20,000 bases of DNA from an uncultured Methanosarcinales archaeon (GTDB lineage: Archaea; Nanobdellota; Nanobdellia; Woesearchaeales; B54-G15). Positions 1 to 7,695 of this stretch are shown here, in pieces. The stretch lies in NCBI GenBank assembly GCA_964519225.1, contig CAZFJK010000002.1:56531-76530 (forward strand), read 5' to 3'. Numbering within the stretch: the stretch's first letter is position 1; each line of letters begins with the position of its first letter. The translations under genes were made by a program, and so were the position numbers. The notes beneath the pieces were generated by a model. It did no database searches, had not been told where the DNA came from, and saw only the letters and a list, made by a program, of their open reading frames with translations.

Positions 1-859
1 ATTCTACAAGCTCTTTTACGTATCTCGTTAGTTCAGTTTGCTTTACAGAAAGAAATGATGCGATTTTGGCTAATGTGTTTCTTCCCGAAGCAATAGCGAC
101 TAGAATATCGTAATATCTTCCTTTTCTTTTTCCGAACTCTAAAGCAAGGATTTTTTCGACTTCATCTTCAAATATTGCATTTTCTCTAAAGAAGAAAGAT
201 TCCATTATTTCTTCAAATCCTTTTCCAACGAGCCCTTCATCTTCTATTGCTACCCAATATAATGGAAAGCCACCGAATATAACATACAACTTAATTATAT
301 CTTCAAAATCTAATTTCAATAAATCACCCATTTCCATAATATCAAGCAATGATAGTGGTTTAAGATTTAGCTTTCTTTTTATTCTACCATACAAAGGCTC
401 TCTGTTATCCTCAAACGTTCTTTTGATCAAGCCAATCAAAGAGCCACAGAACACGATTAACAAGTCTTTTCTCTCTTCATATCCGTCTATGAAATTCTGC
501 AATGTTCCAAACACAGATGGATCTACATTAAAAAAATTCTGGAATTCATCGAAAACTACGATTCCTTTATACCTTTCAAATATTATTTTAAAGAAGTCAT
601 CCCAATTTCTTAATATCTCCAGTTCTGAAATTAATTTATTTTCCCTCAAAACCTCTTGAAAATCTCTTAGCAAGCCTATAGAGCTTTTGTTTTTATTAAC
701 AAAAAAATACAAAGATTTTCCTTTTGTAAATTCCTTGATCAATCTTGTTTTACCGACCCTCCTCAGTCCAAAAACAACTAAAGTAAACAGTTTTCTTTTA
801 CTAAGCTGTCTTGTATCTTCTAAATAAGTAAGTTCTTTTCTTCTATTTATGAATTTCAT
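1..859 (-). CDS. Archaeal ATPase (AAA+ ATPase_2/DUF234-type, COG1672-like); 3' end runs off the window
   Basis: Not in the ORF track. Manual translation from ATG at 859 gives MKFINRKEELTYL...LVVFGLRRVGKTRLIKEF (Walker A), ...IVVFDEFQNF (Walker B) and ...FGGFPLYW. The F.NR..EL start and G.RRVGKT are typical of this family. Confidence 0.88.
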   Translation of the reverse strand, partial: MKFINRRKELTYLEDTRQLSKRKLFTLVVFGLRRVGKTRLIKEFTKGKSLYFFVNKNKSSIGLLRDFQEVLRENKLISELEILRNWDDFFKIIFERYKGIVVFDEFQNFFNVDPSVFGTLQNFIDGYEERKDLLIVFCGSLIGLIKRTFEDNREPLYGRIKRKLNLKPLSLLDIMEMGDLLKLDFEDIIKLYVIFGGFPLYWVAIEDEGLVGKGFEEIMESFFFRENAIFEDEVEKILALEFGKRKGRYYDILVAIASGRNTLAKIASFLSVKQTELTRYVKELVE

Positions 860-862
860 TTT

Positions 863-895
863 TATACACCAATTGTATTATACAGTTGGTGTATA
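863..895. promoter_or_regulatory. 33-bp near-perfect inverted repeat, putative operator of the ATPase gene
   Basis: TATACACCAATTGTAT-T-ATACAGTTGGTGTATA: 16-bp arms, 1 mismatch, lying between the TATA box and the ATG at 859. Confidence 0.6.
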
Positions 896-910
896 TATAT
901 AAACTTTTCG
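891..910 (-). promoter_or_regulatory. Archaeal BRE + TATA promoter of the ATPase gene
   Basis: Minus strand reads CGAAAAG-TTTATATATA, about 35 nt upstream of the start codon. Confidence 0.65.
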
Positions 911-939
911 TTTCTTAAAAAAGATGCTTTGTTGCATGA

Positions 940-1230
940 TTAATACAACTTAAGACCTTTAGTATTTACTGTAAACACAAAATATTTTGCTTTATATTTC
1001 TTAAGAATATCTAACACTTTCTTTTGATCTCTAATCTTAACAATAAGAACTTCTTTTGAAAGTCTTAGATGAGGCATCTTTTTTAGAACACCCTCTCTTT
1101 TATAGAAATATTTACCTTTATTTGAATGATCAGTATATCCAAATAAAGCTCTATTCACTAAAACTTTTTGATAATGGTTGAGATTTGATAAATTATACAC
1201 TATTAATTTTGCTTTCATAATTTTCATCAC
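940..1230 (-). CDS. Small basic hypothetical protein, possibly Cas2/VapD-like ferredoxin fold
   Basis: 96-aa ORF filling the intergenic space. LIVYNLS followed by a helix and RLSKEVLIV resembles the Cas2 pattern (hhhYDh...RhQxSVh). Fold call is tentative and the start is uncertain among several Met codons. Confidence 0.65.
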   Translation of the reverse strand: MMKIMKAKLIVYNLSNLNHYQKVLVNRALFGYTDHSNKGKYFYKREGVLKKMPHLRLSKEVLIVKIRDQKKVLDILKKYKAKYFVFTVNTKGLKLY

Positions 1231-1281
1231 AAAAAAAGAATAAATTTTTTAAATTAGAGTTGGTTCGTTATTGGGGTCGAT

Positions 1282-1335
1282 GGATAAACTGGCAAATTTG
1301 CTGGTTTATGCCGGAGACAGCAAATAGCTGTCTCC
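1282..1335 (+). promoter_or_regulatory. Structured 5' leader of rps15 (candidate ribosomal-protein autoregulatory leader)
   Basis: Hairpin 1: ATAAACTGGCA-AATT-TGCTGGTTTAT (1284-1309, two G-U pairs). Hairpin 2: GGAGACAGC-AAATA-GCTGTCTCC (1313-1335, perfect 9 bp). SD AGGTGA at 1350-1355. Confidence 0.55.
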
Positions 1336-1361
1336 TTCTAAGTTTGAGTAGGTGAAGAAAA

Positions 1362-1814
1362 ATGGCAAGAATGCATTCAAGGAAAAAAGGAAAAAGCGGT
1401 TCAAAAAGACCAGTGCGAAAAGGAGAACCTTCATGGTTACGTTATTCAAAGCAAGAAGTGGAAATGTTGATTGTAAAACTTGCGAAAGAAGGTAATCCAC
1501 CATCTAAAATAGGGCTTTTATTAAGAGATATCTATGGGATTCCTGATGTTAAAGCAATAATTGGAAAAAGGCTAACAGCGTTTTTAGCAGAGAAAGGACT
1601 AGCACAAAAAATTCCTGAAGATTTGCTCGCTTTAATTAAAAAGAGTTTAGCAATAAGAAAGCATTTAGAAAAACACAAAAAGGATCGGACAGCAAAGAGA
1701 GGATTGATTCTTACAGATAGTAAGATTTTTAGATTGTCAAAATACTATAAGCGTGTTGGGAAACTTCCAGCTAATTGGAAGTATGAGCCGGATAAACCTC
1801 GCCTTTATATATAA
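1362..1814 (+). CDS. rps15: 30S ribosomal protein S15 (uS15, archaeal S15P/S13e)
   Basis: MARMHSRKKGKSGSKRP, LRDIYGIPDVK, IPEDL, RKHLEKHKKD, RLSKYYKR..KLP..W.Y are hallmark archaeal uS15 motifs; SD upstream. Confidence 0.98.
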   Translation: MARMHSRKKGKSGSKRPVRKGEPSWLRYSKQEVEMLIVKLAKEGNPPSKIGLLLRDIYGIPDVKAIIGKRLTAFLAEKGLAQKIPEDLLALIKKSLAIRKHLEKHKKDRTAKRGLILTDSKIFRLSKYYKRVGKLPANWKYEPDKPRLYI

Positions 1815-1815
1815 A

Positions 1816-3207
1816 ATGGGCTACGAATCTTTTTTTTCTTTAGTGAAAGAAAGCGCCAATTTTTTTCTTTCTTGGGATAAAGAAAAACCTATCCGGGTTG
1901 TTTCACACTACGATGCAGATGGCATTTCTTCAGCTGCAATACTTTCTTTTTTGCTTGAACATTTGAATAGAAAATATGTTCTGACTATAGTTAATCAACT
2001 CACCAAACCAAAGTTAGAAGAGCTTAAGAACGAACCTTACGACTATTTTATTTTTGCAGACCTTGGCTCAAGTTTAATTAAGGACGTTGGAAACTTATTT
2101 GACAGATCAAAACAGGTAATCGTTCTTGATCACCACCAAACAGAAAAAGAGGTTCATTTTGAAAATGTTATGCACGTAAATCCTCTTTTATGTGATGTTG
2201 GTGAGGACGAAATTAGTGGGAGCGGGGTAAGTTTTTTCTTTGCTAAAGAAATAGATGGTTGTGTGAATAAATTTGCCCATCTTGCTTTGGTTGGTATGCT
2301 TGGGGATTTACAGGACAGTTCAATAGGGTCTTTAAATGGTTTGGTTGTAGATGCTGCTAAGAAGAGTGGCAGGGTGGTAGTAAAAAAGGGATTGAAGTTA
2401 TTTGGTGCTCAAACAAAGCCGTTGCATAAATTGCTTGAACGAAGCACAAACCCTTACATACCTAAGGTAACTGGAAGTGAAAGCGGAGCGATACAATTTC
2501 TTCTTGAGTTGGGGATAAATCCAAAAAATGAAAAAGGATGGAAACGCTTAGTAGATTTATCGCAAGAAGAGCTTCAGAAATTAATCGCGGGCATCGTTAT
2601 AAAGCGAAGTTCTGAAGAAAATCCTGAAGATGTTATTGGTGATATTTTTATTTTAGAGGATGCTCCTGTGGGAAGCCCGTTTAGAGACCTTAGGGAATTT
2701 GCAACACTTTTAAATGCATGCGGAAAAATGAACAAAGGTTATATCGGCGTATGCGCTTGTTTAGGATATGAAAAATATAAAAAAGAAGCGCTTTCTGTTT
2801 TAGAAGCTTATCGTCGAGAATTAGTCAGTTCTTTAAAATGGGTTGAAAATAATTTTGAACTAGGAAAGGCCGATGGTTCTTTTGTTATAGACGGCGGCGA
2901 TAATATTTCTTCGAATCTTATTGGTGTGGTTGTTTCTATAATATCCAAGTCGGTATTGAAAGACTGTTTTGTTTTAGGCTTAGCAAATACCGATGATGGA
3001 ATGGTTAAAGTAAGTATAAGGGGGCCAGGGGATCATAGTGCAAATTTGAAAGAACTCTTGCTGAGAGCAGTAAATCTCGTTGGCGGCGGTGAAGTTGGTG
3101 GGCATGAAAATGCTGCAGGAGCATTAATTAATATTGAACAGAAAGAACGGTTTATTGAAATAATGGATGGGTTGCTTAGAAAAACAGCAATGGAAGAAAA
3201 GATCTGA
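1816..3207 (+). CDS. RecJ-like DHH/DHHA1 family phosphoesterase (archaeal RecJ/Cdc45-related)
   Basis: Motifs SHYDADG, DLGS, LDHH, NP, SGSG, GDLQD and C-terminal GGHENAAG. ATG at 1816 directly follows the rps15 stop, a common archaeal gene order. Confidence 0.93.
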   Translation: MGYESFFSLVKESANFFLSWDKEKPIRVVSHYDADGISSAAILSFLLEHLNRKYVLTIVNQLTKPKLEELKNEPYDYFIFADLGSSLIKDVGNLFDRSKQVIVLDHHQTEKEVHFENVMHVNPLLCDVGEDEISGSGVSFFFAKEIDGCVNKFAHLALVGMLGDLQDSSIGSLNGLVVDAAKKSGRVVVKKGLKLFGAQTKPLHKLLERSTNPYIPKVTGSESGAIQFLLELGINPKNEKGWKRLVDLSQEELQKLIAGIVIKRSSEENPEDVIGDIFILEDAPVGSPFRDLREFATLLNACGKMNKGYIGVCACLGYEKYKKEALSVLEAYRRELVSSLKWVENNFELGKADGSFVIDGGDNISSNLIGVVVSIISKSVLKDCFVLGLANTDDGMVKVSIRGPGDHSANLKELLLRAVNLVGGGEVGGHENAAGALINIEQKERFIEIMDGLLRKTAMEEKI

Positions 3208-3244
3208 GTGGGATAAAAATTAAAAAAAATAAAATTAGAAAAGT

Positions 3245-3823
3245 TTATTCTGTTGTGCTTTCAGTAGTGCCGGTTTCTTCGGCTGTTTCTTCGGTCGTTT
3301 CTTCTTTCGTTGGTGCGTACTCTTCACAATTAAATCTGTATTTGTGACGCTCTCCATTTACTTTCACTACAATGAAAATTCTTGGAGTTACCCGATTGTT
3401 TCCGTTTAGGTTTATGCATTTGGTGCTTTCTCCTGGTGCCAATTCAATTTTTTCACAGCCAGGGTTGTCAACTGGGTATTTGCCGAAATAATCTATTTTA
3501 ATATCATCACCAATAGTAAGGCTTTTGTCGTAAATGTTAGTTAATGTTGCCTCAATAACTCCCTTTGTTTCATCACACACAAAATCTGATAATAGTTCTG
3601 TTGGGGTTTCTGCTGTTGTTTCCTCAGGCATTTCAGTCTCTGCTGGAGTTTCTGTCTCTGGCGTTTCTGGCGCTGGTGTTGTTGGTTCTTCTGTTGGTAC
3701 TTCTGGAGTTTCTGTTTCTGGCATTTCTGTCTCTGGCGCTGTTATTTCTTCAGCTGATTTACAACCGAATAAAAGCACACCAGCTAATGCAAGAATACTC
3801 AAAATCAAAACCTCTTTTTTCAT
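3245..3823 (-). CDS. Predicted lipoprotein with Glu/Pro/Thr-rich linker and small Cys-containing beta domain
   Basis: MKK, a hydrophobic stretch and the lipobox LLFG-C; repeated PETE/ETPE/TEET motifs; acidic tail. Confidence 0.85.
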   Translation of the reverse strand: MKKEVLILSILALAGVLLFGCKSAEEITAPETEMPETETPEVPTEEPTTPAPETPETETPAETEMPEETTAETPTELLSDFVCDETKGVIEATLTNIYDKSLTIGDDIKIDYFGKYPVDNPGCEKIELAPGESTKCINLNGNNRVTPRIFIVVKVNGERHKYRFNCEEYAPTKEETTEETAEETGTTESTTE

Positions 3824-3884
3824 TTTCCTTTCACCTACATTGGGAAAATATTAAACTTATTTATAAAATTTTAGTAAATTCTTC

Positions 3885-5180
3885 CTAAAGATGCATGGAG
3901 ATTTCGCCTCTGAGGTCATAAGGAGTTACATTAACAATTTTAACTTCAATTAATCTACCTAAAGACTTTACTGGATTTGGTTCTCTATGATTTTTAATTA
4001 CAATCGGTTTATATGCAAAGTTTCTTCCTGTTAGGCTACTGTTTTTCCCTATTTCATCAATTAACACTTTTCCTTGCCATCCGATCCATCTTTCGTTTTG
4101 CATTCTTGCAATATTCGTATGCAAAGCCGTTAGAAGCGAACTTCTTCTCTTTGTTTCATTGCCATGGATTTGATTGGGCATTTTTGCTGCTTCTGTTTCT
4201 GGTCTTGGCCAGAATCTACTTATGTTGAGAACATCTGGTTTTGTTTCTTTAATTAGTTCTACTGTTTGGTTAAATTCTTCCTCTGTTTCGCTTGGAAAGC
4301 CGCAGATTATGTCTGTTGCTATTGTAATACTTTGAATTTCTTTTCTGAAAGCAAAAACAATCTTTTTGAAATCTTCGGCTGTGTATTTTCTATTCATCAA
4401 ATGAAGAATTCGGTCGCATCCGCTTTGTACAGGAATGTGAAGGAATTTGAATATTTTTGGGCTTTTGAATACGTCTATTAACTCGTCGAGATATTTTAAA
4501 ACGTGATTTGGATTTGCCATTCCAATCCTGATAAAGAAATTATCTTTTAGAGAAATTATTCTTTTTAATAGCTCTGGTAAAGAACTATTTTTGTCTAACC
4601 CATAACAACCAGTATCTTGTGATGTAAGCCAGATTTCTTTTGCTCCTGTATTGAGCTCATGTTTTATAGTAGCGATGATATCTTCTATCGGATAAGAGTA
4701 AAGATCTCCTCTCGCTAGCTTTACATGGCAATAACTACAATTTCCTGTGCAGCCAGAGGCTATCGGAACTATGCCTATCACAGGACTGAATCTTAAAGAA
4801 GGAATTTTTAGTTTGTTTATCTGCTCGTCTGCTAGGTATTCAACTATGTTTCCTTCAAGCGTTTCCTCGACTGCAGAAACTATTTGATGTATCTGATCAG
4901 GACTGATTTGTGAATAGCCAAGAAACAAACTTGGGTTTGCCTTTGGTATGCATCCTGCAACAATGATTTTCTTTTTTGATTCTTCTAATTGTTTGACGTA
5001 CTTTATTGCTTTTTTTTCAGCGAGATTTTTTACAGTGCATGTATTTACTATTATGAGTTCTGCTTTTTCTGGCGAATCTACTATGCTGAATCCTGCATTT
5101 TTCAGCAAATAAGCCATTCTCTCGCTATCTGCTTTGTTCAGAGCGCATCCAAAAGTTTTGATGTGTATTGCGTTTTGCAT
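3885..5180 (-). CDS. MiaB-like radical SAM tRNA methylthiotransferase, probably the archaeal t6A37 MtaB/CDKAL1 type
   Basis: UPF0004 domain (TFGCALN..DSE, NTCTV, AGC), radical SAM motif GCTGNCSYC, HIPVQSG, TDIICGFP.ET and C-terminal TRAM domain. SQDTGCYG and RIGMANP fit the archaeal/eukaryotic MtaB clade. Confidence 0.93.
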   Translation of the reverse strand: MQNAIHIKTFGCALNKADSERMAYLLKNAGFSIVDSPEKAELIIVNTCTVKNLAEKKAIKYVKQLEESKKKIIVAGCIPKANPSLFLGYSQISPDQIHQIVSAVEETLEGNIVEYLADEQINKLKIPSLRFSPVIGIVPIASGCTGNCSYCHVKLARGDLYSYPIEDIIATIKHELNTGAKEIWLTSQDTGCYGLDKNSSLPELLKRIISLKDNFFIRIGMANPNHVLKYLDELIDVFKSPKIFKFLHIPVQSGCDRILHLMNRKYTAEDFKKIVFAFRKEIQSITIATDIICGFPSETEEEFNQTVELIKETKPDVLNISRFWPRPETEAAKMPNQIHGNETKRRSSLLTALHTNIARMQNERWIGWQGKVLIDEIGKNSSLTGRNFAYKPIVIKNHREPNPVKSLGRLIEVKIVNVTPYDLRGEISMHL

Positions 5181-5333
5181 TTTGTTTTTACTGGTTACTC
5201 ATTTTACTTTTTCATAAAAAAGTAGTCTAGTATACAAATTTTATCTGTTTAGGAGAGTTAAATTTTTAAAATTTAATTGTGACAGTTTCAATGAAGGGCG
5301 GCATGTGAGGGGTGGTCTTTTACCTCTTGCTTT

Positions 5334-6011
5334 TTAATATTTTCCTTGCATTTGCTTCTGCCCTTCTTTTTTGATTACTAACAAAACTTCATTGTCTAAT
5401 TCGTGTATTAGTATTTTATATCGGTTTTTCTCTTCGGTAGCTTGGATTAAAGAGTTTGCAATTCTATAGGCATGGTAATCAAAAAATGTTGCGCAATAAA
5501 AAATTCCGTCGCCTTTGAAAAAGTCGAGCCAAAAAGGAAATAATTTTTTGAAGTTATGGTCATCATAGTTATAGAAAATAAAGTTTCCAAAGCTTTTCGA
5601 AGAAAAAATAAGGTGTTGGTATATCGCTGGGTCAAGATAATCTCCTCTTACGAGTATTAATCGCGGGTCATCTTTGAAATTTTTTGCGAGATACTCTTTT
5701 GATAGCCTATAAAGTTCTTGGTCATATTCGATTCCAATCACTTTTCCAATACCATATGCTAATGCAAATGCAAGCACAAGCCCTGAGCCAGAACCAAAAT
5801 CAAGAAAGACAAGGTTCTCTAAACTTTGTCCTTCTTTTTTAACATGCTCTTTTATATCTTCGAACATAAATGCTAACACAGAGGTTGTGCTTTGTCCGAA
5901 GATTCCTTTCTTTGTTGCTTTAACTATATGGGGAAACCTCTCCCAAGTTTTTTTTATCTCCCGCAGTAATTTGCCGAGCCCTTTTATTTCACAAGTCGGC
6001 AAAATCTGCAT
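5334..6011 (-). CDS. Class I SAM-dependent methyltransferase, substrate unknown
   Basis: Motif I FLDFGSGSG, motif II IGIEYD, then RGDYL. Start uncertain (6011 or 6038); overlaps the 3' end of the upstream thiolase gene. Confidence 0.8.
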   Translation of the reverse strand: MQILPTCEIKGLGKLLREIKKTWERFPHIVKATKKGIFGQSTTSVLAFMFEDIKEHVKKEGQSLENLVFLDFGSGSGLVLAFALAYGIGKVIGIEYDQELYRLSKEYLAKNFKDDPRLILVRGDYLDPAIYQHLIFSSKSFGNFIFYNYDDHNFKKLFPFWLDFFKGDGIFYCATFFDYHAYRIANSLIQATEEKNRYKILIHELDNEVLLVIKKEGQKQMQGKY

Positions 6012-6904
6012 ATCGCTTCTTTCGTAGGTTCGCCGCATTTTTCACATGCAATTGGTTTTGTTAAACCAGTTTGAAGCTGCTCGCTTATTTTTACTATGCC
6101 CTTAATAAAATGAAGTCTGAAGTTTTTGTTCCATTTTTCGATTTCATAGATTTCTTTAAACCATCTTTCTCTTGTTATGTCGATCATCTTTCGTTTAAGA
6201 AAAGGGCAGGTGTAATCTTTAAGATATGGAATGTTATTTAGCTCGCAAAATAGTTTATTTTCATTCCCGCCGACTTCAAATAAGGGCCTGATTCTTGCAA
6301 GCTGCTTTGGATGTGTGCTTGGTAACATTGGCATGAATTTTGCTGCCCATTCTGGCTGTTGTGAAAGGAGATCTTTAATAAAGAAAACTATAAAGTCGTC
6401 CATATGGTGGCCTGTAGCAACTTTGTTGAAGCCAAGTTCTCTTGGAATTTTGTTCATTAAATATCTCTTGATTGTGGCGCATATTGAACAAACGTTCTTC
6501 GCTTTGACCTTTTTTGCTATCTCTAATGGTGTTGTGTTGAATTCTTTTTGAAAATCCGTCACATAAAGCTTAATGTTGCTGTTGCTGTTTTTGATTTGCT
6601 TTTTGATTAGCTCGTGTATCGGTTTAAAATCTTCAGAGAGAAGTATGTGGTAGGCTGAAACAGTAGCTCTTATACCTTCTGTTTCTATGAATTTTTGTAA
6701 TTTTAGCAAGGCTGAGATGCTGTCTTTTCCACCGCTTAAAGCAACAGCTATCCTGTCATGCTTTTGAACAAGTTTGAATTTTTTGATAATTCTAAAGATC
6801 TTTCTTTCATAGATGCGCAGAAAACAATCTTGACAGAGCTGCATCGAAAATTCTGAGTAAAGTTCTTCTTTTGGTTTTTTTAGCTTACATGATTGACAGC
6901 GCAT
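5984..6904 (-). CDS. TtuA/TtcA/Ncs6 family tRNA 2-thiolation protein (PP-loop ATPase)
   Basis: N-terminal CxxC...CxxC, PP-loop SGGKDS, CSIC, ATGHHMDD, RIRPL, CP and C-terminal Zn finger CEKCGEP...CRFC. Confidence 0.92.
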   Translation of the reverse strand: MRCQSCKLKKPKEELYSEFSMQLCQDCFLRIYERKIFRIIKKFKLVQKHDRIAVALSGGKDSISALLKLQKFIETEGIRATVSAYHILLSEDFKPIHELIKKQIKNSNSNIKLYVTDFQKEFNTTPLEIAKKVKAKNVCSICATIKRYLMNKIPRELGFNKVATGHHMDDFIVFFIKDLLSQQPEWAAKFMPMLPSTHPKQLARIRPLFEVGGNENKLFCELNNIPYLKDYTCPFLKRKMIDITRERWFKEIYEIEKWNKNFRLHFIKGIVKISEQLQTGLTKPIACEKCGEPTKEAICRFCRLVK

Positions 6905-6963
6905 TTTTTTTCTGGTTGAAACAGATATCTTTATTAAATCTTTTTTCCTTTGTGGAAGAAAAA

Positions 6964-7113
6964 ATGGATCTATCTGTGAAGATTGTTGAAAAAGAGCTTA
7001 GATGTGTAATCTGTGGAAAAAGAATTAAGGCTTTTGTTAGGGCCGATGCTGAAGATAAATTTATTTGCCAGCAATGCGGGAAAAAATGGCACGGCGATAT
7101 AAAAGAAAATTAA
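6964..7113 (+). CDS. Small zinc-ribbon protein (49 aa)
   Basis: ATG at 6964 gives MDLSVKIVEKELRCVICGK...FICQQCGKK with two CxxCG knuckles. Confidence 0.7.
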   Translation: MDLSVKIVEKELRCVICGKRIKAFVRADAEDKFICQQCGKKWHGDIKEN

Positions 7114-7421
7114 GTGAATTTACACTGGAAGTGCTTGAGCTTGTGAAAAAGATTCCTCGAGGCAGGGTCTCGACTTATAAAGAAATTGGAAAAGCTCTTG
7201 GCAGGCGCGGCCAGATTTATAGGGCAGTTGGAAGAGCGCTCAAAGAAAACCCCTGTCCAGTTAAAATACCATGTCATAGAGTTGTTTGCAGCGATGGTAG
7301 CCTTGGCGGTTATAGTGGAAAAGGAGGTATAAAGAGAAAAATTAAGCTACTAGAAAGTGAAGGAATTAAAATTAAAAAAGGAAGAATAATTGAGTTCTCA
7401 AAAAAGATTTTTAGGTTTTAA
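7086..7421 (+). CDS. ogt: Single-domain methylated-DNA--protein-cysteine methyltransferase (MGMT/Ogt family)
   Basis: IPRGRVSTYKEI, RAVGRAL..NP, active site IPCHRVV, LGGYSG, K..LLE.EG. Confidence 0.9.
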   Translation: MARRYKRKLSEFTLEVLELVKKIPRGRVSTYKEIGKALGRRGQIYRAVGRALKENPCPVKIPCHRVVCSDGSLGGYSGKGGIKRKIKLLESEGIKIKKGRIIEFSKKIFRF

Positions 7422-7695
7422 ATTTAATGGATTGTGCCTGTCCCTTCTTTCTATTGTATTCGCATATATATCTTTGAATGTACCATTCTACTTTACCTGT
7501 CTCACGATTAATTATTTTTGGAAATGGCACTTTTGAACCCTGATAAGGGCAGACCTTTTCAGGACTAGGAAGCCTGCAAATATTTTTTCCGTTGTATTCA
7601 ATGCAGTGAAGTCTACCTTCTCGTTGGATGCATAATCTAACGGTTGGAATAAGTTTTACAGTAAGAGTTTCTAAATCTTGTTTTTCGCCGTTCAT
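7411..7695 (-). CDS. Hypothetical Cys-containing protein coupled to tfb
   Basis: 94-aa ORF whose ATG overlaps the tfb stop (ATGA, 7692-7695); five Cys; no recognised family. Confidence 0.6.
   Translation of the reverse strand: MNGEKQDLETLTVKLIPTVRLCIQREGRLHCIEYNGKNICRLPSPEKVCPYQGSKVPFPKIINRETGKVEWYIQRYICEYNRKKGQAQSIKFKT

Noticed and set aside
1753..1815. N-terminal extension of the DHH gene; likewise 6871-6963 and 7065-7085
   Set aside because: These extensions overlap neighbouring genes and better-placed ATGs exist at 1816, 6964 and 7086.
3534..3888. Hydrophobic or Ser/Val/Gly-rich plus-strand ORFs
   Set aside because: Antisense to the low-complexity lipoprotein gene.
5258..5276. Palindrome TTAAATTTT-T-AAAATTTAA
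   Set aside because: A/T-only and expected by chance in this AT-rich intergenic DNA.
7078..7088. -1 frameshift fusing the Zn ribbon to MGMT at GGGAAAAAA
   Set aside because: The G_GGA_AAA heptamer is not in the required frame and MGMT has its own ATG.
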